From contig JBFXGD010000045.1 in NCBI GenBank assembly GCA_050178385.1, forward strand, positions 1 through 22,382: a stretch of DNA of 22,382 bases, read 5' to 3'. The DNA is from Calditrichaceae bacterium. GTDB taxonomy: Bacteria; Calditrichota; Calditrichia; Calditrichales; JBFXGD01. Under the pieces are notes generated by a model. The model did no database searches. It was not told where the DNA came from and saw nothing but the letters and a program-made list of their open reading frames with translations. Position numbers and translations under genes: made by a program. Positions 1 through 9,374 of this stretch are shown in pieces (position 1 is the stretch's first letter; each line of letters begins with the position of its first letter).

Positions 1-134
1 ATATAGACCCAGTTCGACAACTGGCCGTCAATGGCCAGTTCAAGTTCACCTTTGTTCGCGGCGTTGAATATCCAGACTTCATTAATCGCGGTGATGATCT
101 TTTCAAAAAGACGGCCTGTTTTGTCTTGATCCGG
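1..134 (-). pseudogene. Inverted internal fragment of a DUF6206-like gene
   Basis: Reverse complement of 134..3 reads PDQDKTGRLFEKIITAINEVWIFNAANKGELELAIDGQLSNWVY with no stop. ELAIDGQLSNW is a motif I recall from the middle of DUF6206 proteins (recollection, not a search). Confidence 0.7.
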
Positions 135-484
135 AATTACTGCTTCAAAGCGCGCCCTCCTTTTTGAAATGGATTATAAAAATGTTGTTTCTGTCCGATG
201 TTATGAACCGGTATTATGATCCCCGCAAGGTGTATATCGATCTTGCCGCTAATCTTTATAAAGAGCAACGCCCTGATTTAATCCCCTTGGCCGTCAAAAT
301 AATCAACGAAAATCTATTTAAGGGTACCGAGCCATTGACACTTGCTGAGATAGAAAAATATTACAGAGAAGATAAAATTATATGGACGCTGTTTCTCTCC
401 TTTAGAAGAATCGACCGCTGGATAAAAACGAGAATTTTTAAACAGCGCTATGAATTTATTTTGCCAGGTGATATCAAGCGGTAA
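125..484 (+). pseudogene. C-terminal part of a DUF6206-like protein (5' part displaced)
   Basis: The frame of ORF 164..484 extends upstream as LDPELLLQSAPSFLKWIIK from 125, then continues ...DVMNRYYDPRKVYIDLAANLYKEQRPDLIP...YEFILPGDIKR*. There is an in-frame TGA at 95-97 and no RBS before TTG 164, so this is a fragment rather than an independent gene. Confidence 0.7.
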
Positions 485-756
485 TTCGAATTCTGTACCT
501 TTACTATAATTATTAACCTCTAATTATAGGGCTGTGATCCCTTTTTAAGGTCAATCCGCTGATTCCGCTTCGTCGGGAAAATCATCTGACAGGAACCGCG
601 GTAATCACAAGTAAATGCTTTTTAGTATAGATTTTAATTACATTTCTCTCATTTTTTTAGATTAGACACCGCTCATCATGCCTCTGATCGGTCAAATACG
701 AATTATCAAAAAAAAACAAAAGAATTCGATAGACTTTTACAAAAAACTTGTTAAAT

Positions 757-810
757 TTGCCAAATTTTTAAACTGAATCTGATAATCGAAAATAGAACCG
801 GATTCCGGTT
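757..810 (+). promoter_or_regulatory. Candidate sigma70 promoter plus downstream palindrome for the SulP gene
   Basis: TTGCCA(757-762)-N18-GATAAT(781-786), followed by the perfect inverted repeat AACCGGA-T-TCCGGTT (796-810). Confidence 0.35.
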
Positions 811-838
811 TTGACAAGAATTAAATTGGAAGTTCAAT

Positions 839-2578
839 ATGCAGCAGACAAAGTTAATACCAAAACTGTTTACAGTTTTTAAAGAGGGATATACACAAAA
901 AAATCTTGCAAATGATATCATCGCGGGAATTATTGTGGGTATTGTTGCCCTGCCCTTATCCATTGCCCTGGCTATCGCTTCCGGCGTGAAACCGGAACAG
1001 GGACTTTATACGGCGGTCATCGCCGGATTTCTGATATCTGTGCTGGGTGGCAGCCGGTTTCAGATTGGCGGACCGACTGGCGCGTTTATCGTCATTGTTT
1101 ATAATATTGTTCAGCAGTATGGTTACGACGGCCTCGCAACAGCTACGCTGATGGCTGGAGTTTTGCTCATTCTGATGGGTGTTTCACGACTTGGGTCTGT
1201 TATAAAATTTATACCATATCCTTTAACGGTCGGTTTTACAAGCGGCATCGCCTTGATTATCGGCGTAAGTCAGTTCCGTGATTTTCTGGGACTGAATATG
1301 GATGATGTGCCTGCTGAATTTCTTGATAAATGTTTTGCCTATTCTGAAAACATCATGTCAGCAAATTTTTACGCGGTCGGAATTGGGCTGCTGTCCCTTC
1401 TAATTATCGTCTATTGGCCGAGGATCACAAAAAAAATCCCCGGTTCATTAATCGCGATTCTTATAGCTACATTAATGGTTCAGATGCTCAATCTGCCTGT
1501 AGAGACAATTGAATCCCGTTTTGGTACGGTTTCAGGCAGTATTCCCGCGCCGCGGCTCCCGTCGATGAACTGGGATCTAATAACCAGTCTTTCTTCACCG
1601 GCGCTGGCAATCGCTATTCTGGCGGGCATCGAATCCCTGCTTTCAGCGGTGGTCGCAGACGGTATGACCGGTACGCGGCATCGTTCCAATATGGAACTGG
1701 TAGCCCAGGGAGTCGCGAACATAGCTTCTCCGATCTTCGGTGGAATTCCTGCAACCGGTGCCATCGCGAGAACAGCTACAAACATAAAAAATGGCGGAAA
1801 AACACCGGTGGCGGGAATTGTACACGCATTGACCATATTGGTTATCATACTGTTTTTTGGAAAATGGGCTTCATGGATCCCGATGGCAACCTTATCGGCA
1901 ATTCTGATCATGGTCGCCTACAATATGAGCGAATGGCGGCTTTTTATGGGTTTGTTTCGCAGTCCGAAGGCCGATGTCATGGTATTGTTAACCAGCTTTC
2001 TGCTGACGGTTTTTGTGGATCTTACGGTGGCGATAGAAGTGGGTGTCGTCCTGGCGGCTTTGCTCTTTATGCACCGTATGTCGTCGGTCACACAAGCGGG
2101 ATATATAACAAAATCATTAAACGAAGAAGATGATATTAACGATCCCAACTCTTTAAAAATCCGCTCCGTACCGGATGGAGTGGAAGTTTTCGAAATTTAC
2201 GGTCCGTTTTTCTTTGGAGCTGCTGACCAGTTTAAGGATGCTCTAAGGATTGTCGATGCTATCCCGAAAGTGCTTATCCTTAGACTGCGGGAAGTTTTCG
2301 CGCTTGACGCGACCGCGCTACGCGCTCTTGAGGATGTTTACAGAAAAACCGTGAAGGACGGCACCATTCTGGTTCTTTCCGGAGTGCATGCTCAGCCGCT
2401 GATTACGATAGAGCGATCCGGATTATTTGATGTAATAGGTGAAGAAAATATACTGGGCAATATCGATTCCGCTCTGAACCGGGCCCGGACCATTTTAGGA
2501 TTACCGGAAATTAAGAGACCAGGACCTTTTGTCCCGACGGTGGCGAGAGAAAATGCGAAATCCGGCAGTTCAGAATAG
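839..2578 (+). CDS. sulP: SulP/SLC26 family anion permease with C-terminal STAS domain
   Basis: 579 aa. Motifs [44 protein letters not shown] and [19 protein letters not shown] region GPFFFGAA...LDATAL. Substrate (sulfate, bicarbonate or dicarboxylate) cannot be determined. Confidence 0.95.
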   Translation: MQQTKLIPKLFTVFKEGYTQKNLANDIIAGIIVGIVALPLSIALAIASGVKPEQGLYTAVIAGFLISVLGGSRFQIGGPTGAFIVIVYNIVQQYGYDGLATATLMAGVLLILMGVSRLGSVIKFIPYPLTVGFTSGIALIIGVSQFRDFLGLNMDDVPAEFLDKCFAYSENIMSANFYAVGIGLLSLLIIVYWPRITKKIPGSLIAILIATLMVQMLNLPVETIESRFGTVSGSIPAPRLPSMNWDLITSLSSPALAIAILAGIESLLSAVVADGMTGTRHRSNMELVAQGVANIASPIFGGIPATGAIARTATNIKNGGKTPVAGIVHALTILVIILFFGKWASWIPMATLSAILIMVAYNMSEWRLFMGLFRSPKADVMVLLTSFLLTVFVDLTVAIEVGVVLAALLFMHRMSSVTQAGYITKSLNEEDDINDPNSLKIRSVPDGVEVFEIYGPFFFGAADQFKDALRIVDAIPKVLILRLREVFALDATALRALEDVYRKTVKDGTILVLSGVHAQPLITIERSGLFDVIGEENILGNIDSALNRARTILGLPEIKRPGPFVPTVARENAKSGSSE

Positions 2579-2797
2579 AATATTCCAATTATTTTGAAAT
2601 CAAATTATTTATTTTATGTAATTATTCAAAATATTCAATATTTGGAGAAAAAGTCTCAAATATTTTTGTGAATTTAATATTTTCTGTTATATATTAATGA
2701 ATAGATATATCCCGGGAGAGAGTACAGTAATATTCCATCTGATAACAGGATTGTGATATATTTAATCATAAATTATATACTACCAGGAGGAATTGTT

Positions 2798-4177
2798 ATG
2801 AGATCAGTTATATTATGGCTTTCCTTGTATCTCCTTACTACATCCGCGCTTAAGGCGGGTGACCATAGTGAGTACATACAGGGGCCATTTGAGACTCCGC
2901 AGCAGGTCACGGAAGCCTGCCTCGCGTGTCATGAAAATGCCGGCACCGAAATTATGACATCAACGCACTGGACATGGCTGTCAGAAAAGTCTGTACTGGT
3001 ACCCGGACATGATCAAGCTTTGAAGCTGGGGAAGAAAAATCTGTTTAACAATTTTTGTATCAGTTTGAGTTCCAACTGGGCGCGGTGTACAAGTTGTCAT
3101 ATCGGCTACGGCTGGAAAGATGACAGTTTTGATTTTACAGATCAAAAAAATGTAGATTGCCTTGTTTGCCACGATAATACCGATACTTATAAGAAAAAAC
3201 CAACCGGCGCGGGATTTCCTGAAGATAATGTTGATTTGCTGTATGTCGCGCAGAATGTCGGACAGACCACAAAATCAAATTGTGGAAACTGTCATTTCTA
3301 CGGCGGCGGCGGTGAGAACGTCAAACACGGAGACCTTGAACCGGGATTGACTGTCGAAAACAATAAGCTGGATGTTCATATGGGTGAATTGAATATGACT
3401 TGTCAGGATTGTCATAAAGTTGAAAACCATGTGATAAAGGGAATTGCTCTTTCTGTGACTTCCCAGGCTGAAGACAGGCAGGTAGAATGCACGGATTGCC
3501 ACGAATCAAATCCGCATACATCTGATATATTAAACACACATTATGAAAAAGTCGCCTGTCAGACTTGTCATATTCCCGAATACGCAAAGGAATTGCCGAC
3601 AAAAGTTTATTGGGACTGGTCCACATCGGGTGCGGATAAAGAAATTCCAAAGGACAAATTTGGGAAACCGACTTATGACAAGAAAAAAGGAGATTTTCGC
3701 TGGGATAAAAATATTCAACCTGAATATCTCTGGTATAACGGAAATACAGAAAGATATCTGCTTGGGGATAAAGTAAACAGGGATGGGATTACCCATCTGA
3801 ATTATCCGCTGGGTGATAAAAATGATCCGGATGCTAAAATTTATCCGTTTAAGGTTCATCGTGGAAAACAGATTTCGGATAAACAAAATGGGTATCTTAT
3901 CGTTCCGAAATTATTTGGTGGTTTCTGGAAACATTTCGACTGGAATCTCGCGTCAAAAGATGGTATGGAAACGATTGGCCTGGCTTACTCCGGCGAATAC
4001 GAATTTATTGAAACCGATATGTTTTGGCGTGTAAATCATGAAATTTCCGAAAAAGAACAGGCCTTAAAATGTCTCGATTGCCATGGAGAGAACAGCCGTC
4101 TTGACTGGAAAGCCCTTGGTTATGCGGGTAATCCAGTTTCTGAAGAAGAAGTCAGGGAATTATTAGGATCACACTAG
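2798..4177 (+). CDS. otr: Octaheme tetrathionate reductase family c-type cytochrome (OTR)
   Basis: Eight CxxCH motifs (CLACH, CTSCH, CLVCH, CGNCH, CQDCH, CTDCH, CQTCH, CLDCH), plus HWTW, GKKNLFNNFC, GGGGENVKHGDL and WDWS motifs and a signal peptide. Start placed at ATG 2798, after AGGAGG (2785-2790). Confidence 0.92.
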   Translation: MRSVILWLSLYLLTTSALKAGDHSEYIQGPFETPQQVTEACLACHENAGTEIMTSTHWTWLSEKSVLVPGHDQALKLGKKNLFNNFCISLSSNWARCTSCHIGYGWKDDSFDFTDQKNVDCLVCHDNTDTYKKKPTGAGFPEDNVDLLYVAQNVGQTTKSNCGNCHFYGGGGENVKHGDLEPGLTVENNKLDVHMGELNMTCQDCHKVENHVIKGIALSVTSQAEDRQVECTDCHESNPHTSDILNTHYEKVACQTCHIPEYAKELPTKVYWDWSTSGADKEIPKDKFGKPTYDKKKGDFRWDKNIQPEYLWYNGNTERYLLGDKVNRDGITHLNYPLGDKNDPDAKIYPFKVHRGKQISDKQNGYLIVPKLFGGFWKHFDWNLASKDGMETIGLAYSGEYEFIETDMFWRVNHEISEKEQALKCLDCHGENSRLDWKALGYAGNPVSEEEVRELLGSH

Positions 4178-4225
4178 ACCGTTTTATATTGGATCCGAAG
4201 TGACCTGTGTCCAGTCATGATAATT

Positions 4226-4334
4226 TGAGACCGCTTCCTGAGCCATTATATGTGATAAGTTTGCCGGTTATTATGTATTATCCCCAACAAATGCATATCG
4301 GAAACAACAAAATGGTTCATGCGAAGCGGTCTCA
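4226..4334 (+). repeat. Long imperfect inverted repeat / rod-like hairpin
   Basis: TGAGACCGCTTC (4226-4237) pairs with GAAGCGGTCTCA (4323-4334), a perfect 12 bp. Nested stems: TGAGCCATT/AATGGTTCA, GTTT/AAAC, CCGGT/ATCGG, ATGTATT/AATGCAT. Confidence 0.75.
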
Positions 4335-4355
4335 TTCTTTTGCCGGAGAAGGAGT

Positions 4356-5252
4356 TTGTTTTTAATTACGGAATTCAAAGGTGAAATTTCAGCCTTGCTT
4401 GCAGCCCTGCTCTGGGCAATCGCTTCGGTTATGTTTGCTCATCTCGGACGTTTTTTTTCTTCGATCCAGTTAAATCTCATAAAAGGCATTGTCGCGTTTT
4501 TTCTTATTTTCCTGACGGTTCTTCCGGGCGGAGAACTTGCCGGAAATATACAGATATATCCGTTTTTGATTTTGCTTTTAAGCGGAGTTATAGGAATAGG
4601 TTTAGGAGATACGGCCTATTTTGAATCATTGAAATATATCGGCGCCAGACGGGCATTGCTTGTTCAGACGATTTCTCCTCCGCTGGCCGCGTTCATCGCT
4701 CTGATATTTCTGAATGAAAAACTGGCGTTAAACGCCTGGCTTGGGATTCTGGTTACAGTATCGGGAGTCGCATGGGTTGTGACCGATAGAACCGGAGATT
4801 CGGGCCAACACTCGTCGCATCTTATACGCGGGATCATTTTTGCTCTTTTAGCAGCTCTAGGACAGGCCAGCGGCGCGGTCATTTCTCACGCGGTGCTTAT
4901 AAATACGGATATCAGTCCGCTTTTCAGCACATTGATCAGGCTGGCCGGCGGTATCATCGTTCTCTTGTTCTGGATTCCATTTTACAGGGGAGGAAAATCA
5001 ATCCGGAAAATAGAAAACAAGAGAAAAGTATTCAGCTTAACTTTTCTCGCCATTTTTATCGGAACATATCTAGGTCTGTGGCTTTTGCAGATTTCTCTGA
5101 AATACGCGGATGTGGGAATCAGCCAGACTCTTGTTTTTACCAGTCCGATTTTTATACTTCCGATCGCGGCGCGTATGGGGGAAAAAATATCATTGAGAGC
5201 CGTATTTGGGGCAATAATTGCCCTGGCGGGAATAGCGCTCCTGTTCCTGTAG
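4356..5252 (+). CDS. DMT/EamA family transporter
   Basis: 298 aa, about 10 hydrophobic helices in two repeats (ALLAALLWA / ALLAALGQA; FLNEKL / MGEKIS). TTG start with GGAG upstream. Confidence 0.92.
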   Translation: MFLITEFKGEISALLAALLWAIASVMFAHLGRFFSSIQLNLIKGIVAFFLIFLTVLPGGELAGNIQIYPFLILLLSGVIGIGLGDTAYFESLKYIGARRALLVQTISPPLAAFIALIFLNEKLALNAWLGILVTVSGVAWVVTDRTGDSGQHSSHLIRGIIFALLAALGQASGAVISHAVLINTDISPLFSTLIRLAGGIIVLLFWIPFYRGGKSIRKIENKRKVFSLTFLAIFIGTYLGLWLLQISLKYADVGISQTLVFTSPIFILPIAARMGEKISLRAVFGAIIALAGIALLFL

Positions 5253-5557
5253 GTCCGGAATACGGTTTTTTAGCGTTATTTGTTGTCAGATCAGGGTGAA
5301 TTGATACCAGAGAAATATTAAAATTGTTTTTTTTGAATATGAATTTTCTTAAAAAAATTAAAGGGAACGGAATACAATTTATTTTCTATTTTCAAAAACA
5401 CTTTTTTTGTATATCTTTTAATATTAAGTAACTGATAAAATAATTTCAGTAAATAATAAATATTACGCGCCGTTGTGTATAGTTTTGCGCAACAATCGCT
5501 ATTAATCTGAGTATCTATTGATTTGTCAACTAAGGTAATTTAGAGAAGAGATTAAGT

Positions 5558-8350
5558 ATGAGTAAAGAGGATAGATCAGCTAATATTCAAAAAACCGCTT
5601 ATGGTGTTTTTGTAATATTTCTTCTTGTTATTTCAGGCATTAATTTTTACAGGTATATCAGTCTTCCCACAGATGAAAACTGGTTCACAAATCCACCTTC
5701 ACGATTTTCCGTCACAAGCGTCTTTTCTGATACACTGATATCACAGGATGCAAATCCGGATGAAGGCGATTTACTGATTTCAATAAATAAAAACAGATTT
5801 CAGAACAGCGATGAAATAACCAATTATCTGGCGGCCATTTCCGGTGATTCGATCATCAATATTGAGCTTCTGCGCCCGGTGTTAAATGAAAAAATTAGTG
5901 TGAAAGTACACCGGCGGTTTCTGTCCGACAGTTTTTTTATAGAATTACCGGATTTCGTTTATGTCTTTGACGTTACTGAAGGAGGCGCTTCCGATCGCGC
6001 GGGAATGAAAAAAGGTGATTTGATATATAAAATCAATGGCCAGAGTTTTAAAAATTCAATGGAAGCGGATAGAATACTGCGTCTTGGGCATAGCGGGAAA
6101 GCTATTACCTACGAGATCTTTCGCGGCAACCGTCCGATGACTCTTCATGTCATCCTTAGCATCATAGGTGTCAGCATCGCGGGTATGACCATATTTTTAT
6201 GCGGTCTTATCTATATTCTGATAGGCGCTTTTATTCTGTTAAAGAGACATAGGTTAAAGGCCGCGCGGTATCTGGGGCTCGGCATGATATTGATGGGTTA
6301 TTATTTATCGATCATCTTTAATATGCGTGATGTGCAAGCCGATTTGGTGTCCATATTACGTGACAGCATGACAGCCGCGGGATTCATTTTCGGTACAGCA
6401 AGCTGGCTGCACAGCGGATATTATTTTCCACTGGAAATCACCGCGATTACAAAAAAACGATGGCCGTCAATAACTCTATACAGCCTGGCCGGACTGGGAA
6501 TGATTTTATCCTTTTTGGTCTATCGCCGTATCATTCCCGTCAATTTTAATGTTCTGCTGGTTATAAGTATGCTATTACTAATCGGTTTTAATGGATATAT
6601 AAAATTCAGGTTTCGTAAATCTCGAGATCCCCGGAGAAAAAAATTGTCCAGAATCATTAAATGGACAGGAATATCAGCAGGGATTCTGGCTGTCGCCATC
6701 ATAATTTACGCAAACAGTATTAATCAGCAATACAATATTGGCTATATCGGAATTCCACTTGTCCTGATTCCACTTGCTTATCTGTACACCATTGGCCGTT
6801 ATCGCCTTCTTGATCTTCAAATCAGGGTTCGGAAGAATATCCAATACAGTGTGGTTACGTTTACCTGGATCATCACTCTAATCATTTTCTCGGTTTATAT
6901 TCTGATCTTCTTTGCCGGATTAGAATTGAACCTCCCCAATATACGATTAAGCGAAACATTAATTGAGGTTCTTGACCAGCCGGCGTCTGCGGAAAAAATA
7001 ATGATCGAGGAACGTTTTCTGTTCATGATTTTAGCAGTGGCTTTTTTTACGGGAATCTGGCGATTCGGAAGATTCGGGCAGAGGCTGATCAATCAAAAAT
7101 ATTATCGTTCCGGATACGACTACCGGAATGCTGCCAGGCAACTGGGCGAAATGATGCAGAATAACCTGAACATGGAAGAACTGGCCCGGGGTATGGCACA
7201 GAAACTTTCCAAATTAATGCATCTAAAACGTATCGGGGTTCTTTTTTTTAAGAATGAGACAGGATGCTGCTGTCAGGAGTTTCAGGGTTTTGACGGGAAG
7301 GACTGGTCAGACTCCTGTATACGAGCGGAAAAAGAGATTATAGATGCATTAAAATCATATAAAGCGCCCGTAAACGTGCGCAGTTTGCCACCGATGGTGG
7401 GTGAAATCTTTTTTGAGTATCAATTTTACAATGTTATCCCGATTCATTCAAAGGATAAATTGGTGGGGCTTTTTCTTGTGGGCGAAAAACTTTCGGAATC
7501 GCCTTTTTATCAGGATGATTTTGAATTTCTGTCTTCGGTGGCAAAACAGGCATCCGTATCCATAGAGAATGCTTTCCTTTACAGCGAACTAGCTGAACAG
7601 GAAAGAATGAAGCATGAGCTGAAAATTGCCCGTCAAATACAAATAAGTTCGCTCCCGCAAACCACACCTGATATAAACGGTTTGGATATCGCGAGCGTAT
7701 CAATCCCGGCCTACGAGGTTGGAGGCGATTATTTTGACTTCCTGAACGGTTTCGATGACGGGTTAATGATCATAGTCGGTGATGTGAGCGGAAAAGGCAC
7801 GTCCGCCGCGCTATATATGTCAAAATTGCAGGGAATATTCCGTTCCCTAAATGCTTTTAATCTGTCTCCCAAAGATATGTTTCTGCGGGCGAACAAAATT
7901 TTATCCGTTGATCTTGAGAAAAAATCATTTGTCACCGCCATCGGCGCTCAGTTCGAACTTTCCGAAAGGAAAATTCGGCTTGCCAGAGCGGGACATCTGC
8001 CGTTATATCATTATAAAGCGGAAGATAAAAAGATTATTTCAATCATTCCCGATGGATTAGGTCTTGGACTCGGTAATCCTGATTTGTTCGATGAAAAATT
8101 GACGGAGATTGAAATTGACTTTAAATCAGGAGATATTTTCGTTTTCTTAACCGACGGCCTTACAGAAGCGTATAATTCAGCAGGTGTCGAATTCGGAGAA
8201 GATAAATTGCTTTCTGAAATAATAAGCCGTCCGGAACTTTCCGCTATGCAAATCTGTGATAATCTGATTTCCAGCGTAAGGAAGTTTACCGGAACCGACA
8301 TTCAGCAGGACGATATCACTCTGGTGATAGTAAAAATAAATCAGAACTAA
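5558..8350 (+). CDS. Membrane PDZ-GAF-SpoIIE (PP2C, RsbU-like) Ser/Thr phosphatase
   Basis: N-terminal TM, a degenerate PDZ (GDLLISINK) and a PDZ (GASDRAGMKKGDLIYKING), multiple TM helices, a GAF end (FLSSVAKQASVSIENAFLY), and PP2C motifs ELKIARQIQ, EVGGDYFDF, GDVSGKG, RAGH, TDGLTE and DDITLV. Confidence 0.93.
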   Translation: MSKEDRSANIQKTAYGVFVIFLLVISGINFYRYISLPTDENWFTNPPSRFSVTSVFSDTLISQDANPDEGDLLISINKNRFQNSDEITNYLAAISGDSIINIELLRPVLNEKISVKVHRRFLSDSFFIELPDFVYVFDVTEGGASDRAGMKKGDLIYKINGQSFKNSMEADRILRLGHSGKAITYEIFRGNRPMTLHVILSIIGVSIAGMTIFLCGLIYILIGAFILLKRHRLKAARYLGLGMILMGYYLSIIFNMRDVQADLVSILRDSMTAAGFIFGTASWLHSGYYFPLEITAITKKRWPSITLYSLAGLGMILSFLVYRRIIPVNFNVLLVISMLLLIGFNGYIKFRFRKSRDPRRKKLSRIIKWTGISAGILAVAIIIYANSINQQYNIGYIGIPLVLIPLAYLYTIGRYRLLDLQIRVRKNIQYSVVTFTWIITLIIFSVYILIFFAGLELNLPNIRLSETLIEVLDQPASAEKIMIEERFLFMILAVAFFTGIWRFGRFGQRLINQKYYRSGYDYRNAARQLGEMMQNNLNMEELARGMAQKLSKLMHLKRIGVLFFKNETGCCCQEFQGFDGKDWSDSCIRAEKEIIDALKSYKAPVNVRSLPPMVGEIFFEYQFYNVIPIHSKDKLVGLFLVGEKLSESPFYQDDFEFLSSVAKQASVSIENAFLYSELAEQERMKHELKIARQIQISSLPQTTPDINGLDIASVSIPAYEVGGDYFDFLNGFDDGLMIIVGDVSGKGTSAALYMSKLQGIFRSLNAFNLSPKDMFLRANKILSVDLEKKSFVTAIGAQFELSERKIRLARAGHLPLYHYKAEDKKIISIIPDGLGLGLGNPDLFDEKLTEIEIDFKSGDIFVFLTDGLTEAYNSAGVEFGEDKLLSEIISRPELSAMQICDNLISSVRKFTGTDIQQDDITLVIVKINQN

Positions 8351-8400
8351 ATTTTTCAATCAAATTTTAGAATATCTCCTAAAACATTTCCGGGGAAAAT

Positions 8401-9300
8401 ATGGAACAGTTCATCAGCAAGTGGCTTTTTGACCCAACCACAGGAAAGCTGATCACATTAGTCATCGGTGTCTTGGTGATTATCGTTTTTGTGCGATTCA
8501 TTCAGAGATCTCTTTCCCGGTACGTCAAAGAAACGGACAACCGTTATCGCGCGCGTAAGTTTATTTCCTTTATCGGATATATCGCGGTGATTTTGCTGAT
8601 CTCCACCGTATATAGTGATAAGCTGGGCGGATTGACCGTGGCATTGGGTGTTGCCGGAGCCGGAATCGCTTTTGCCCTGCAGGAAGTGATCGCCAGTGTG
8701 GCAGGGTGGTTTGCCATATCTTTCGCGAGTTTTTACAAAACCGGTGACCGGGTTCTGTTGGGCGGGATTAAAGGTGATGTCATCGATATTGGTGTCCTGA
8801 GAACCACCTTAATGGAAATCGGGGATTGGGTTAAGGGTGATTTATATAACGGACGTGTGGTACGAATAGCCAACAGCTTTGTTTTTAAAGAACCGGTCTT
8901 TAATTATTCAGGCGATTTCCCATTCCTGTGGGATGAAATTTATATTCCCGTCAGGCATGGCTGCGATCATGAAAAATCCAGGGAGTTATTTATGAAAGCA
9001 GCAGTGGATGTTATCGGTGATTATACCGGGGATGCTCAAAAATCCTGGAACGGACTGGTTAAAAAATATATGATTGAAGATGCTGCAGTCGCTCCGGCTG
9101 TGACTCTGACTCTCGATGAAAACTGGATGACATTTACCATACGTTATGTGGTGGAATTCAAAAAAAGAAGAATAATAAAGGACAGGCTATTTTCCCGAAT
9201 ACTCGAAGAAATCAACAAGACAGACGGCAAAATATCCATCGCGTCGGCCGCCATGGAAATAAGCCTGACCGGTACCGGCGGTCAGTCAAATCAAATGTAA
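8401..9300 (+). CDS. mscS: Small-conductance mechanosensitive channel (MscS family)
   Basis: TM3-like ALGVAGAGIAFALQEVIAS, YKTGDRVLLGGIKGDVIDIG and VFNYS motifs. Confidence 0.92.
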   Translation: MEQFISKWLFDPTTGKLITLVIGVLVIIVFVRFIQRSLSRYVKETDNRYRARKFISFIGYIAVILLISTVYSDKLGGLTVALGVAGAGIAFALQEVIASVAGWFAISFASFYKTGDRVLLGGIKGDVIDIGVLRTTLMEIGDWVKGDLYNGRVVRIANSFVFKEPVFNYSGDFPFLWDEIYIPVRHGCDHEKSRELFMKAAVDVIGDYTGDAQKSWNGLVKKYMIEDAAVAPAVTLTLDENWMTFTIRYVVEFKKRRIIKDRLFSRILEEINKTDGKISIASAAMEISLTGTGGQSNQM

Positions 9301-9345
9301 AAACAACAGATTTTCTAAGATACCCACAGCTATTTTAAATATTTC

Positions 9346-9374
9346 TTGCATAAAACACGGTATAAACCTATAAT
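9346..9374 (+). promoter_or_regulatory. sigma70-type promoter
   Basis: TTGCAT(9346-9351)-N17-TATAAT(9369-9374), about 190 bp upstream of ATG 9566. Confidence 0.6.

Noticed and set aside
164..484. 106-aa ORF as an independent complete gene
   Set aside because: Protein-like sequence continues upstream of the TTG to 125 and there is no RBS. It is the 3' part of a longer, disrupted gene.
678..776. 32-codon Lys-rich ORF (MPLIGQIRIIKKKQ...) as a leader peptide
   Set aside because: No RBS, composition explained by A-tracts, and it overlaps the candidate promoter.
811..838. TTGACA as the -35 of the sulP promoter
   Set aside because: The matching -10 would fall against the ATG at 839, leaving no room for a transcription start.
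2753..2797. GTG start at 2753 for OTR
   Set aside because: A strong AGGAGG precedes ATG 2798, which gives a normal signal peptide.
4226..4334. Firm call as 6S RNA, SRP RNA or integron attC
   Set aside because: Too short for 6S, lacks the SRP helix-8 consensus, and has no attC core sites or integrase.
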